DNA of 64,000 bases from Octopus bimaculoides. Its lineage: Eukaryota. Shown piece after piece: positions 12,851 to 26,126 of this stretch. Position 1 is the stretch's first letter. Every line of letters begins with the position of its first letter. The stretch lies in NCBI RefSeq assembly GCF_001194135.2, contig NC_068986.1:51502297-51566296 (forward strand), given 5' to 3'. The notes below the pieces were generated by a model that saw only the letters and a list, made by a program, of their open reading frames with translations, ran no database searches and was not told where the DNA came from. The position numbers were made by a program, and so were the translations under genes.

Positions 12851-14550
12851 ATTACACAGTGTCATTCTTTATGTAATGAAGATTATTTCTAAACAGAAGG
12901 AAAACAGGCAGAGTGATGCAAAATTTTTTTTAATACATAATTCAAAGTGACAAGAGAAACTAATAAGTTCTGCATAAGAATATACAGACAACCGGAGAAA
13001 GAGTTATCCAAATGGAAGCTGCAAAGAAAGAAACATTAAGAAACTTGAATGGAGTTTTAGTTCTTTCTATGGAAAACAAATTGTGAGGTTTCCTTTAAGA
13101 ACAAACAGATGCCTCTTTCAATTTCCATCAGTATATTTTATTTATTTATTTTAAAATTCATTTAGGTAAAAATAAACATTCCACACCATATTATTTGACT
13201 AAATTCTGGCATAAAAACAGTAGTTGACAACTAAATAAATTATATTTGTTCATGTTTGTTCCATTGGCACTGCAGCAGCATAAGAAATATTCAAGTGTAA
13301 AAGATATGATCTATTTTACAGGTGACACACTCCAAGATCTATCAATACAATTACTCGGTGGATGTCATACCTTAAAAGCATCGGCTGTCATCGACAACAG
13401 TGTAATTTAAGAATGAAATCCAACTCCACTTCACATTTTTCTAAATAGAACAGATGTTAGGAGCACATTTTAATAGATTTTACCACACATATGATGTATT
13501 CATTGCCTTTTACATTCTAAGCTCTGCATTATGAGAAGAGGTTCCTGCTGTCATATAACATAATCAGAAAGTGTGTAAGGTTTGTACCTCAAACTGATAA
13601 GTTACCAACAAGTTGGATGCATCCTCAAGTAACACACATAAACACAGCAGGATGTTAACTGTTGAAATTAAGCATCACAACAAAGTTCTGTTGTGTTTGT
13701 AATATTGTTAACTGTGATAAAACTATAAATGTTAAAACTCTGCTGCTGACTTCTTTTAAGGCACAAAAGATACCTTGTGGTAGAGATGAGATACAAAGTA
13801 ACATGAGAAAAGATCTGAGAGCAAGCCAAATGCCGAGTTCACACTTAGCTGATAAAAATAATACAGGCAAAATGAATTTGTTAAAGAATGACACCGAGAT
13901 GCATGCTTAATGAAATATTCTATATCAGCAACAAAAAATATTTATGAGAGATATGTGTAGTTGTAAAGAAAGTGAGATCAGTTCCACTAACTGTAACTTG
14001 CAGGTTATGAATTCCAGAGCTTTGTAACAGTATCTTATGCTAGCTTCATACCTAACCTCGAAAGCCTTGCATTCAATGCCAATAGCTACACCGAGCCTTC
14101 AATACATTCCACTCCATATCTACTTTCAATACAAAAGACACTCAAAATAGATTTACTGCTACTTATTAAAAACAATCAATGGATGAATAGTTGGTGTCTG
14201 AAACTAAATGCCACAGAACCTATAATAATATTCTATCACTATCAAACACAAGTTTACCATCATAAGCATTCTTTGATGATATTAATATACTTATTTCTCA
14301 TGAGGACAACTAAGGAATAAGATAAATTTAAGACTTAATTAGCATACCAATCAATCTGGCACATACTGCACTAAGAAACATTAGACAAAAATATAATTCT
14401 ACCATTTGGTTCACACCAATTAGTAATATACATCAACTACTGTCATCACTAATAAATTTGACTACTACAATTTATTATTCTATACAATATCCTTAGAAGA
14501 AACACAAAGAAAAAGAGAACTTGATTGCTCTTGCATTAATAGAGAATAAA

Positions 14551-14760
14551 CATGGTGAGCTGGCAGAATTGTTAACACATCAAACAAAATGCTTAGCAGT
14601 ATTGCTTCCAACTCATTAGGTTTCTAGGTTCAAATTCTACTGAGGTCTATTTTGTCTTTCATCTTTTGGGACTAATGAAATTTAGTACCAGTTGAGCACT
14701 GAAGTCAAGGTAACTGAATAACCTCTTCCCCACATAAAAACAAAATACTAGCATTGTGTC
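14551..14760 (+). mobile_element. SINE family E, diverged
   Basis: CATGGTGAGCTGGCAGAATTGTT...TCTTTCATCTTTTGGG...AGTACCAGTTGAGCACTG. Confidence 0.75.
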
Positions 14761-14826
14761 AAAGTTTGAAATAATACAGAAGGTATGTGTCAAAGTTTGA
14801 AATAATACAGAAGGTATATGTCAAAC
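14756..14826. repeat. 31-bp tandem duplication
   Basis: TGTGTCAAAGTTTGAAATAATACAGAAGGTA twice, plus a partial third copy. Confidence 0.9.
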
Positions 14827-15002
14827 ATAAACTTCTTTAGCTGCTAGTAAAAAGAGTACTTGATAATAAAGTACAAACCCTGGCTTGCCTGTAAGCTTAG
14901 GCAAGTAACTTCCACTATAGCTTGATTGATCAAAACCTTGTGAGTGAAATTTGGTAGAAAGAATCTGTACACAAGCCTGTGTGCACACGCACGCATGCGC
15001 GC

Positions 15003-15037
<35 letters not shown>

Positions 15038-15524
15038 TAGTGAATCTGAAAACAGAGGTATCATGATCTTATATTATACTCCATGACTAATAAATTCTCT
15101 ACGAAATTTCAGTTCATATGGAACAGTATTTTTGTCTAAGGAAACTGTCTACTTCTATTTATCCTGTCAGCCAGTATTTACAGGAATGCAGATTGAGGAA
15201 AACACACACACATATATATACTGATGACAAAAGCATTTCCCTGGATTGTTCTGGAACAAATTCTAAAAATAATTCCAATGTCACATGGATAATGGTTTGG
15301 CCATTACACTGTCCAATAAACAAACAAACAAATAATGAAAATTTAAAGATATGTATGCATACATATGCACAATTCAGAGAAATTCCATAATTACTGGAAT
15401 ATAAATTTATGACTCCTTGATTTGAAACCAGTTTGATAAGCACTCGTGCATGAAACTGTCAGCCTTTGAGTCACTGTAGTTTCTGCTAATTATTAACAAA
15501 ACCAAGATTCCACATTAAAAGCAT

Positions 15525-15745
15525 TGGTGTGGATGCCGGTGCCACATAAAAAGCACTGGTGATGGTATCACATAAAAAGCATCCTGTACACTCTGTAAAA
15601 TGGTTTGAGTTAGGAAGGGCATGCAGCTGTAGAAACCATGTCAAAACAGACTATAGAACCTCCTGGTATGGCCCTGGTTTTGCCAGTTTCTGTCAAACCA
15701 TCCAACCCATGCCAGCATGGAAAACAGACATTAAATATTGATGAT
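15525..15745 (+). mobile_element. RTE LINE 3' UTR remnant
   Basis: CACATAAAAAGCA repeats, TTAGGAAGGGCATGCAGCTGTAGAAAC, CCAACCCATGCCAGCATGGAAAACAGAC...GATGATG. Related copies at about 31340-31547(+), 57640-57960(-), 62030-62190(-), 62690-62845(+), 62850-63045(+). Confidence 0.75.
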
Positions 15746-16118
15746 GAACATATATGTACTCATGTTTTGAGATATAGTCTTCTGTTTGCTTCACTAAACA
15801 CACACACACACATCAATAGAACAGTTAAGTGAAGTGAGATAATTGATGTTTATTCCATTTGCTTACAGCTGTTTCATAAGCTTGTTAGTTATATAATGAA
15901 TATTACATCAACATTCGCATGTATATAAAATATACATATACATAAGTGCTCTAGCATGGCCACAGCCAAGTGACTGAAACAAGTAAACGAATAAAGGAAT
16001 ATATATATGTGTGTACACCCATACATACAACTGTGCTGAGAAGTAAACTAACAGACTAATCTTCATAATGATTCATTGTAGTCCAAAACATCGACCCTAC
16101 TACAGAAAGAAAGCTGAC

Positions 16119-16193
<75 letters not shown>

Positions 16194-19100
16194 ACTTGCT
16201 TTGTGTGTGTGTTATAGTTGATGATGATGCTTATTTGAAGTGTCACACAGTGGGACCAACAGCCTGAATTATGTGATTGAGAAGTGAACTTTTGAACCAT
16301 GCAGTCACACCTCAAGTTCAGTTATATTAAGGCAGACATAAAAGTGAAGTGAAAAAAAAAAGGTGGTCAATACTTCAGAGTATTTACTGCTGTAACATTG
16401 ACTTCTCATGTTTTATTCATTTTCACATTTGCTTTATGCATCTATATAGCGATTCATTCAAGAAATATAAGCCAAACCATTGACACATCAACTAAGCAAC
16501 ACACATTAGTTAGAATAGTGAACTTAGGTGTGATCTAATAACAATTTCAGAAGAAATTGGCAATGAACAAAGACAAGCAACAATATATATATTCAAACAC
16601 TGAAACCATATAGCAAAACGTTTATTACATTTTCATTGAAAACTATATGAGAAAACTCATTTCAACCAAATTCTATTTTCATCAAGGGAGACTTAACTAT
16701 AAAAACAACTTTAAATATAATACCCACCATATCCTAAACTTTTGAACTTGACTCTGGACTTGACTTGAACTTGACTCTGGACAGAACAAGTTGTTTTGAA
16801 TGAGATGAATGTTGAGTAAAATGAAAACATAGATAAAATGTATGACCAACACTTTCATGGCCATGATTCAAATGAAATGCAATATTTACATATGCGTGCT
16901 TCAATTAAATTTGAAAATAAAGAGTTATTTTAAAATATTTACTGAAGTAACTTTTACATTATTTAGCTGGTATTTCAAATGTCATCATCATGATGCCTAT
17001 CCATTCCCCATGTCGGCACAACTTGGAAGGGTTGTTAGTTTCAGTAAACACTTAATCTGAGTTACTATTCTATCATCTTACACATCACATATTTTGGCAT
17101 GCTTTCTATGGTTGAATGACTTCCTGAGCATAATAGGGAAGACTGTGATAGAAGAGAGAGATAGGAAATAATAGACAGCTACATGACAGTTATTGGTAGG
17201 GATGTTTAATAGAAACAGTGTGAGCAAGACTTAAATATAAATATTGATGAAACTTTAAACATTTCTTGCATAAGATCATTGTATTTTTAATTTAAATACA
17301 ATTTACAATAAGAAGTTTTGTATTTGAAAATCAAAGAGAGTCTCAAGTAAGTTGATAGGGAAAAGGTTAAAAATGGTAGAGAACACTTGCAACATTCAAG
17401 CATTAGCATCATTAAAAAAAAAAAGAAAACCAAAGAGGGAAAGCTTTTAATAATTTTTTTCACTCCACTTATCTGCTTTTAACGTTCACATAGAATGTTA
17501 GATTGACTGATAATGGATTATGTTAGAAACTTTTAACTTCAAACTTCACTAGTTTCAAATAACCTTTTGGAAAAATATTGTGGGAAAGGACTAAAGCCAG
17601 TTTTATATTAACATCAGTTTTACAGATATAACATTTTGAACTATACCAGAATATTAGAATTTAAAATTAGAATAATTTGTTTGTTAATTATGATACCAAG
17701 CTGTAATAGGTTGAGACACCAGCCACTACTAATCATGAGTTTTCCTTTTTGTTAAGTAGATAAAATATAAAATGAGTGTTATTTTAAAGTGAACTAACTT
17801 TCTACATGTAGTGGGTAAGATGACCATATGAGCAGAGTAGCTGACAAATTCTTGAATTAAAAACCTATTGTCTGCTTTTCCATGTATCACTGTGGTAGTT
17901 TTCAACTCTTTGTGCTTTGGTTTACCTTGCTGTCAAGAAACATACCAGATATCATGGGAATGTTGCTTGCAACAGATTGGCATCTTTCCTAGGTAGGAGA
18001 TTTATCTCTTATTCATGTTTTTGCTATGAAACCAGAGCTAAGCTACAGTAAGAAGAATGCACACTTAAAACAAATTCTCAGAAACATTATGCAATGCATT
18101 ATATATAATTTTCAAAGCATATAGGATACAAAACACATACACTGGCACAATAATCCCTTGAATGTGGTGCAGCAGAGCCATAGAGATGTTATCAGCCATA
18201 ATTCTATACATATTAGCATTTATTTTAAGATATTCCACTAAAAGATTCATAGAGTGAATATAGTCATCACATACTGTAATATGTCAATACTTTAAAAGCC
18301 AGAAACTATCTAGCTGACAGAAGCAATAAAAATATTGGAAATAATGGGATAGGTTTTTGTTTGTTTGTTTCATTCCTTTTATAGTACTGAGAGGACAAAA
18401 GGTCTCGGAAAAAAAAAAAAAGCAGTGCATTGATCAATGATTAGAATATAGTGTGTATGTGTGTGAGATTATGCATGCACACACTTGCATATGAACCAGC
18501 TCAAAGAATTTTAGAAAAAATTTCATCTAACACAGATAAAATGCAAAATACATATATCAAGAACAACAACATTTATAGCCTATAATGTCATACTAAATAC
18601 ACCAATAAAGGAACTAGAATTAAATGGGAATTTCAAAGTGTATGGTAAACAGGGAGTGGAGTGTAGTAGTAGAAAATGATTCAAGAAGTGAAGAATAAAA
18701 TAAAATGCAACTGAGAGTGAAGATGATTAAAGCAAATGCACAAAGAAAAATGAACTAAAACAGTTATTTCTGATCCAGAGCTTGACCCAATATAACTAAT
18801 GACAACACTTGGATAATACAACCATGAAAGAGACCATAAATGGTTTTATAAGAACAGCATATGATTAATGATACAACAATCACAAAGAATTTTTGAGAAC
18901 AGAAGATCTATTTAAAACCAGCTTCAATTTACACTGTCCTCTTAAAAAAAAGATGGAACACATTGAATAATATAGTCCAAGATAGCTAGTGCACAAGAGA
19001 GAGGTGGAGTGGTCATGACTTTAATAATAAGTATGCTTAGCAGGGGCTGATTGGAGTCTAAACGGGTAACATGAAGACTAACAACAGAAAACTACCAATA

Positions 19101-20176
19101 ACATAGCTATAGATGGAAAATTTAAAGCAATATTTGAAACCAGTATTAATATTGCTTTTTATAATTACAAATTAATTACTAATCAATTTGCTCTGAAATA
19201 AACTTATTGACCACACAGACATGCCTAGGCCCATGTTTGATTAGGTTCAATGAAAGTGTGTGGCACCTTGGGCAGACCAATAACTTTGTGAGTGAAAAAG
19301 AAATTTGGTAAAATGGAAACTGTGTAAACATTTGTTTATCAGGTTTGAAATTTGAATAAATTATACCTATATTCAGACATATGAAAATGGAATGCTAAAT
19401 AGAAGGAAAAAAAAAATTATTTGCATAAATCAGAAACCAACAAGAGAATCAACTCCATGAAATTGCTTGTAATAGAAGCCAAGCCTGTCTCTAATCAGCC
19501 CCAGTACCAATCTATTTGCCAGAAAACTTTTTTTGAGTTTTAGGAGAGAGGTATTACATCAATTAAATAAAAGCAGCTTTCAAAGTGAGTTGGAAGATCA
19601 CAAGTCACTGAAGGGGGTGCAAATGACAACAAAAGAACTTAAACGAACAAACAAACTGATTGACTGTTTAACCAACAAGCTAAACAAAAAATGATCAATT
19701 AGTTAGTTGGACAGAGACTTAACCAGTTGTCAAATAATAAAGAAGTGGAAGTGGACCTGTGTGTGTGTTATTGTTATTATTGGCATAATGACTCTCCCAA
19801 AACACAACAAAATTTGTTTCAACACATGAATTCACATAAAAAATCTTGCAAACCAAATATAAAAACAAAATATATTTTATTTTCAGACTTTCTATCATAA
19901 TTTTATGAAAGACCCTTTTACTAAATCCTGTTCTGAATAGTGTCTTAAGTATAACAAAGTTAATTATTTCCGTAAATCTATCCAAATAAATTGCTGAACA
20001 TTTCCAAAATTGAGATACGTAGTGTATTTCATTAAAACAACCAAAAAGACAAAATGGTAATGCCTGAACTGACTTTGGTCACAGATCTGCTCAGTTAGAA
20101 CTGACCTGGGTTAAACAACAACAGAAACAAAATATGACATGATATGCTTCAAATATAACGTCAAATAGCTGTCATA

Positions 20177-20515
20177 AAAAGGGTAAAGGGTAAAAAAAAC
20201 CCTTGGCTATGAATGACCATGGGATTGCACTCAGAAAGTTCCTCTCCAAGGCACAAGTCCAGGTAAGATTGTTTATGGAAGACCAGCAGTTGCCCATGCA
20301 TACCGGTTTCTACTCTCCTGGATACCACTGTTATCCAAGGGAAAGGCAAAAGCCAACACAGCTTGGCACCAGTGATGTCGCAACTCATTTCTACAGCTGA
20401 GTGAACTGGAGCAACATGAAATAAAGTGTCTTGCTCAAGAACACAACACACAGCCTGGTTTGGGAATTGAACTCCCTACCTCATAATTGTGAGCCCAATG
20501 CTCTAACCACTGACC
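20177..20515 (-). mobile_element. SINE family C, full length
   Basis: Colinear with 7350-7692. Confidence 0.85.
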
Positions 20516-20584
20516 CACAAGTAATCAAAATAATATGGGGAAGAGTCAAAACTATAATTTCATTATTGGCTTATTCTTCTTTTA

Positions 20585-20870
20585 ACATTCATCATCATCA
20601 TCGTTTAACGTCCGCTTTCCATGCTATCATGGATTAGACGATTTGACTGAGGACTGGCAAGCCAGAAGGCTGCACCAGGCTCCAATCTGATCTGGCAGAG
20701 TTTCTACAGCTGGATGCCCTTCCTAACGCCAACCACTCTGAGAGTGTAGTGGGTGCTTTTACGTGCCACCGGCACGAGGGCCAGTCACGTGGTACTAGCA
20801 ACAGTCTTGCTCAAAAGGTGTTTTTTACGTGCCACCTGCTTGGGAGCCAGTTCAGCGGCACTGGCAAAGA
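20585..20870 (-). mobile_element. RTE LINE 3' UTR remnant, little diverged
   Basis: CATCATCATCGTTTAACGTCCGCTTTCCATGCT... with CpGs retained. Confidence 0.8.
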
Positions 20871-20874
20871 CTTT

Positions 20875-21052
20875 ATATTTTACTTGTTTCAGTCACTGAA
20901 CTGCAACCATGCTGGGACACCACCTTGAAAGGCTCAGACAAACAAATCAGCCCCTGCACTTATTTTTAAGTCTGATACTTATACTAATTGGTCCTTTAGG
21001 CTGAACTGTTAAGTTTCATGTAAGTAAACAAAACAACACTAGTTGTGAAACA
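20875..21052 (-). mobile_element. Old AB SINE tail fragment
   Basis: Reverse complement of the AB tail (TTTTACTTGTTTCAGTCA...GTAAACAAAACAACACTAGTTGT). Confidence 0.7.
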
Positions 21053-21060
21053 TAAACATA

Positions 21061-21221
21061 CAGGAGTGGCTGTGTGGTAAGTAGCTTGCTTACCAACCAC
21101 ATGGTTCTGGGTTCAGTCCCACTGTGTGGCACCTTGGGCAAGTGTCTTCTACTATAGCCTCGGATTGACCAAAGCCTTGTGAGTGGATTTGGTAGACGGA
21201 AACTGAAAGAAGCTCGTCGTA

Positions 21222-21274
<53 letters not shown>

Positions 21275-21497
21275 ATATGTTTGCGTGTCTGTATATGTCC
21301 TCCCAACTTTGCTTGACAACCGATGCTGGTGTGTTTACGTCCCCATAACTTAGCGGTTCGACAAAAAGATACCGAAAGAATAAGTACTAGGCTTACAAAG
21401 AATAAGTCCTGGGGTCGATTTGCTGGACTAAAGGCGGTGCCCCAGCATGGCCGCAGTCAAATGACTGAAACAAGTAAAAGAGTAAGAGTAAAGAGAG
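21061..21497 (+). mobile_element. SINE family AB, full length
   Basis: Colinear with 10037-10430. Confidence 0.85.
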
Positions 21498-21534
21498 AGT
21501 ATATCTATCTGCCTGTTTCTGTCTATCTATCTAG

Positions 21535-21570
<36 letters not shown>

Positions 21571-21903
21571 GGGATCCCTACAGTGTCTCCAGTCTACTAA
21601 ATTCACTCAAATGACATAAGTCAGCCCAAGTCTATAGTAGACAATACTTGCCCAAGGTGCCATGCTGTGGGACCAAAACCCAAACCATGTAGATTGCAAA
21701 GCGAGCTTCTTATCCACACACCTATGCTAGCACCTGATTCTACAAAACAAGCAGCAGCTTTGTTTTTACAAATACAGGTATTCTTCAATACTGACGTTTA
21801 TATGAAGTAGATAATTATTTCAATGCAGATATTTCAACAACCTATCGAAGCAAGCATAGATTTTATGGTTGCATGACTTCTAACATACTAACATTTCCAA
21901 TAC

Positions 21904-21944
<41 letters not shown>

Positions 21945-21960
21945 TAATAATAATAATAAA
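21904..21960. repeat. (TAA)n microsatellite
   Basis: Near-perfect TAA run. Confidence 0.95.
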
Positions 21961-22172
21961 TCAGTGAAACAGAACAGAGTATGGTAATTATCTTTTGCTA
22001 ATTTACACTATTTGAATTAATTATGTATATGGACTAGTAACCAAGTTCCCTACCCATTTGACCATTTCAGTTGTGTGTTGCAGTTTAATGTAAGCATTTT
22101 TCACTCTAGCAAGGCAAGATTACTGATACAATTAATCAGGATGTCATGACAATGTATGAAATAAAGTTACAA

Positions 22173-22232
22173 GACAAGAAATATGCATTCCTTTTTGCTA
22201 GCAAGACAAGAAATATGCATTCCTTTTTGCTA
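22173..22232. repeat. Tandem duplication of about 30 bp
   Basis: CAAGACAAGAAATATGCATTCCTTTTTGCTA occurs twice. Confidence 0.9.
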
Positions 22233-22240
22233 CCTTCCAT

Positions 22241-22278
<38 letters not shown>

Positions 22279-22288
22279 TATTATATAT

Positions 22289-23035
22289 CATCATCATCAT
22301 CATCATCATCATCGTTTAACGTCTGTTTTCCATGCTAGCATGAGTTGGACGGTTCGACTGTCCAATATTTCTCTCAGGGCGCTTACACTCTGTTGTGTGT
22401 GCACACTGACATTACACATCCAGTGGATCATGCTAGCTTCATTTCTTTCAAGCCTACGCATGTCCTCTGCAATCATGGCCCATGTTTTACTGCTGTGAAG
22501 CATGGTAGTTCACAAACAAGCATCGTACAATCTACATTTCACTCTGAGCGAGAGGCCCTTTGTCACCAGTAGGGGTAGAAGCTTTCTAAACTTTGCCCAG
22601 GCTATTCTTATTCTAGTGGTAACACTCTCAGAGNNNNNNNNNNCTATTCTTATTCTAGTGGTAACACTCTCAGAGCATCCACCCCCATTACTAACTTGGT
22701 CACCTAGGTAGCGGAAGCTATCAACTACTTCTAGTTTCTCGCCCAGGAGTGTGATGGAATCTGTTTTATGAGCATCTGTGGTGTTTATTGCCCCTGTGCA
22801 TCTGCCGCACATGAAAGCTATCTTCTCGGATAATCTTCTTTTGACGTTGCTGCACCTCTCATGTGTCCATAGCTTACACTGGGTACATCTTATGGAGTTT
22901 CTACCTACACCTTTTCTACAGATTGAGCAGGGCCACCTACCTGAGCAGGTGTGTGATGAGTTTGCCTTCCTACTTACTAGAACTTTGGTCTTTGCTACAT
23001 TGACTGTAAGGCCTTTTGATTCTAAACTCTTCAGA
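22289..23035 (-). mobile_element. RTE-clade LINE, 5'-truncated ORF2 fragment (late RT region with PHD-like finger) plus 3' tail
   Basis: Minus-strand LESKGLTVNVAKTK...LEVVDSFRYLGDQVS...RIRIAWAKFRKLLPLL...KCRLYDAC, then MLHSSKTWA...RRLERNEASMIHWMCNV; ends in TTAAACGATGATGATG. Confidence 0.9.
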
Positions 23036-23099
23036 GTCACAAAATACTTCCCTCTCATCACCCAGGCTCCATACTTTATGTCCTATTGTTTCCCAACAT

Positions 23100-23830
23100 A
23101 GAATACCTATCTCCATCCTTGGAATTACATCTTCATTCATGGATTTCTGCAGTTATTAACTAGTAACAGTTTAACCAGAATATCAATAACAGAAATCTCA
23201 CCCATTTTGGAAATGTCAGGTTGCTCTTGAGTGCTACTGGTACCATGTAACCCCAGTACAACCTGTCGCATGGTCAGGTTGGCAACTAAACTAACAACCC
23301 CATCAAGCTTACTTGGTGAGGAAGGTGATTGTTGGACACCCTGCAAGACAAAAAATAAGACCTGTCAAAGGGCAGAATAACTACTGTGTAGTCAACGGCC
23401 AATTCAACGAGTACCTTGTCGCGGTGAAGTACTTGTGTGTTTCATTGACCTGGAGAGCTATGCTGGAGGGAGAGAAATCTTCAGGCCAGATAGGTCAAAA
23501 GATAGGAGACATACAAAACCTTAACAATGATAAATTGAAGTGTTGGCAGCAGGGCGTGGATCTAGTTAGCAGCAGGATCTAACAGATCGGATTCCTGGCT
23601 TTGAACTAACAGGATGTCATGCAGAGGATCTTGAATACAAGACAATGGATGTGACCCTAATATTCCTAGTGAGATGGAAACTGTGGGACTACATGGAGCA
23701 GCACCCTGTGACTCCTATAATATGTGCAAATGAAACCCCTCTGAAGGGGCGTCCTATGGGGCTACCTAGATGAGAGAGAGAGATGAAATTTGGAGGGTTC
23801 AGGAAAACCATGACACTAACCCTTCCTCCC
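23100..23830. mobile_element. Unclassified GC-richer block abutting the RTE fragment, probably TE-derived
   Basis: Higher GC and complexity than the flanks; no recognisable protein motif found. Confidence 0.35.
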
Positions 23831-24907
23831 AGAATCAGCCAGCAAATTATATACACATACATAAATACACACACATATGAAAATAAATAAAGTGTGTGGG
23901 TATGTATAGCAACATTAAGTAAAGATAACAACAAATAAAAGATAGTGTATGTGTGTGTGTGTGTGCTTGTTTGTACATGTACGATAAATGCTAGAATGGG
24001 TAATGATGGATTGTGAAGAATTATCTAAAATTCCACTGTAGGTACTTCCTTGTATCTTGGTACAGAATACTTTAATTCTACATTTACTCAGTTCTTTTTA
24101 TCCAATTCTTTTGGATACAATTACCACCTCACCACCATCATATCAAGATAGCTGATACCATCCTTTTGTTCACCCTATAAAAACAGAAATTAAGCACTTG
24201 ATATATAAAACCTTGGAATTTGCAGAAGGATTAGCACGCACACACACACACACACACNNNNNNNNNNACACACACACACACACACAATATTTTTGGCATG
24301 CATAGAGAGAGAGAGAGAGAGCACCAAATTTGGACTTGTGCATTAGTACATGGCATTTGTCCATTGGAAAAAGAAATTGGTTTCTATTTCTAAGCTAAGT
24401 GGACTGAAGCCAATAATATGTCAACCCACAGTGCATGTTATTTGCTGCTCTCATATGACTTCAGTTTGGGCTGAATTATAAATGTGCTTAACTAATAGCT
24501 ATATCAATATTTGTTGATGTAGAGAATAGACAATCGAATTATAAGTAATGATATTCATTTTTAGTAACCACAAAGCAATGAGACAAAACCTGGCAGCAAT
24601 GACTTGGAATCAAAATAATGGATTAATTATTAAATTTAGATGAAAAACAGCTACAATGATTGCATTATAAAAATCATATGCTAATTCAACTAAAATTCTA
24701 TGCTCCTCCAAGTTAATTCCTCACAGATTAAATCTTGTGAAGTAAGTGAAGAATCAATGGTTCTCAAACAGGAGGCACTTGGGAAGAATTTCAAATCTAA
24801 AACAGGTAATTTTTTACAGGGTAGAAATTGAGGTGGAATTTCAGGCAGAGGAGAAATTTCAAACACAGCTTATTCTTTCAACAAGAGGAATGTACTTTGC
24901 ATGTTGT

Positions 24908-25339
<432 letters not shown>

Positions 25340-25902
25340 AGTTGGGACTCTGAGAATCACTGATTAATTCTAATAAGTGAATTTAAGAAATAGCTTAGGT
25401 AACTTTGGTTTTATTTTTAGCTAATAAATCCCCCAAAGCAATAAAGTTCTAAAATTAATAGCAGTCAAAATATATTCATAATATATCTTGATTGCTTTAA
25501 ACTTTAAAGGTATATAAACAACTTCCTTTAATATACAGACTAATTATCCAGTCTAATTTTCTGGATCTGACTGTGACACTTTGCATCAGTTTCAAGTACT
25601 CTTTAGAATATTCCTTAGTTGTTTAATTACACATAATGATTTCATATAAACATGTCATGTGCATTTTTATTGCAATCTCACTTCAAATTTTCATGTTTGA
25701 TAATCTTGTGAAATTCTTCAAACTCATAAGAGTTTACATACAAATTGACAAATATTTTATACTTGTTCATTAAAAAAAGAACTGTAATTACAACTTCATG
25801 CTAGAAAGAAACAAGGTTGAACTATTTTGCCTAAATATCATATGAGTTGAGAAAAAAAATTAGAATCATCAACAGAACTTAAAACAAATGTCTCAGTATG
25901 AT

Positions 25903-26126
25903 TTAACCCTTTAACATTCAGATTACTCTATCATGTAATGTTTATTTATCCACGTGGTATTGAATTAATCATGCATTATCTTGTAGCTACAAAATATCAA
26001 TGATGCAAATGTTCATTTTTAGAATGGCATTTTAGTGTAGGTGTGTGAGGCCAGATCTGGCTTGTTTGAAGATAAAACAAGTAGAATATTTGAGCTGGAT
26101 ATGGCTAGTTTAAGTACAGTGAGTCA
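25903..26126. mobile_element. piggyBac-type MITE family P2
   Basis: TTAA|CCCTTTAACATTCAGATTAC... Further copies at 29723-29937, 52657-52883 (inverted) and 57057-57283. Confidence 0.75.

Noticed and set aside
13322-13410. Plus-strand terminal exon DTLQDLSIQLLGGCHTLKASAVIDNSVI*
   Set aside because: Acceptor only and short; an equally plausible minus-strand reading exists, so it is at chance level.
17926-17988. Minus-strand 63-nt exon ERCQSVASNIPMISGMFLDSK
   Set aside because: Weak acceptor tract, a competing internal donor, and no recognisable homology.
22602-22675. 32-bp direct repeat inside the RTE ORF (SESVTTRIRI twice)
   Set aside because: The copies flank a 10-N gap; this is a scaffolding overlap artefact.
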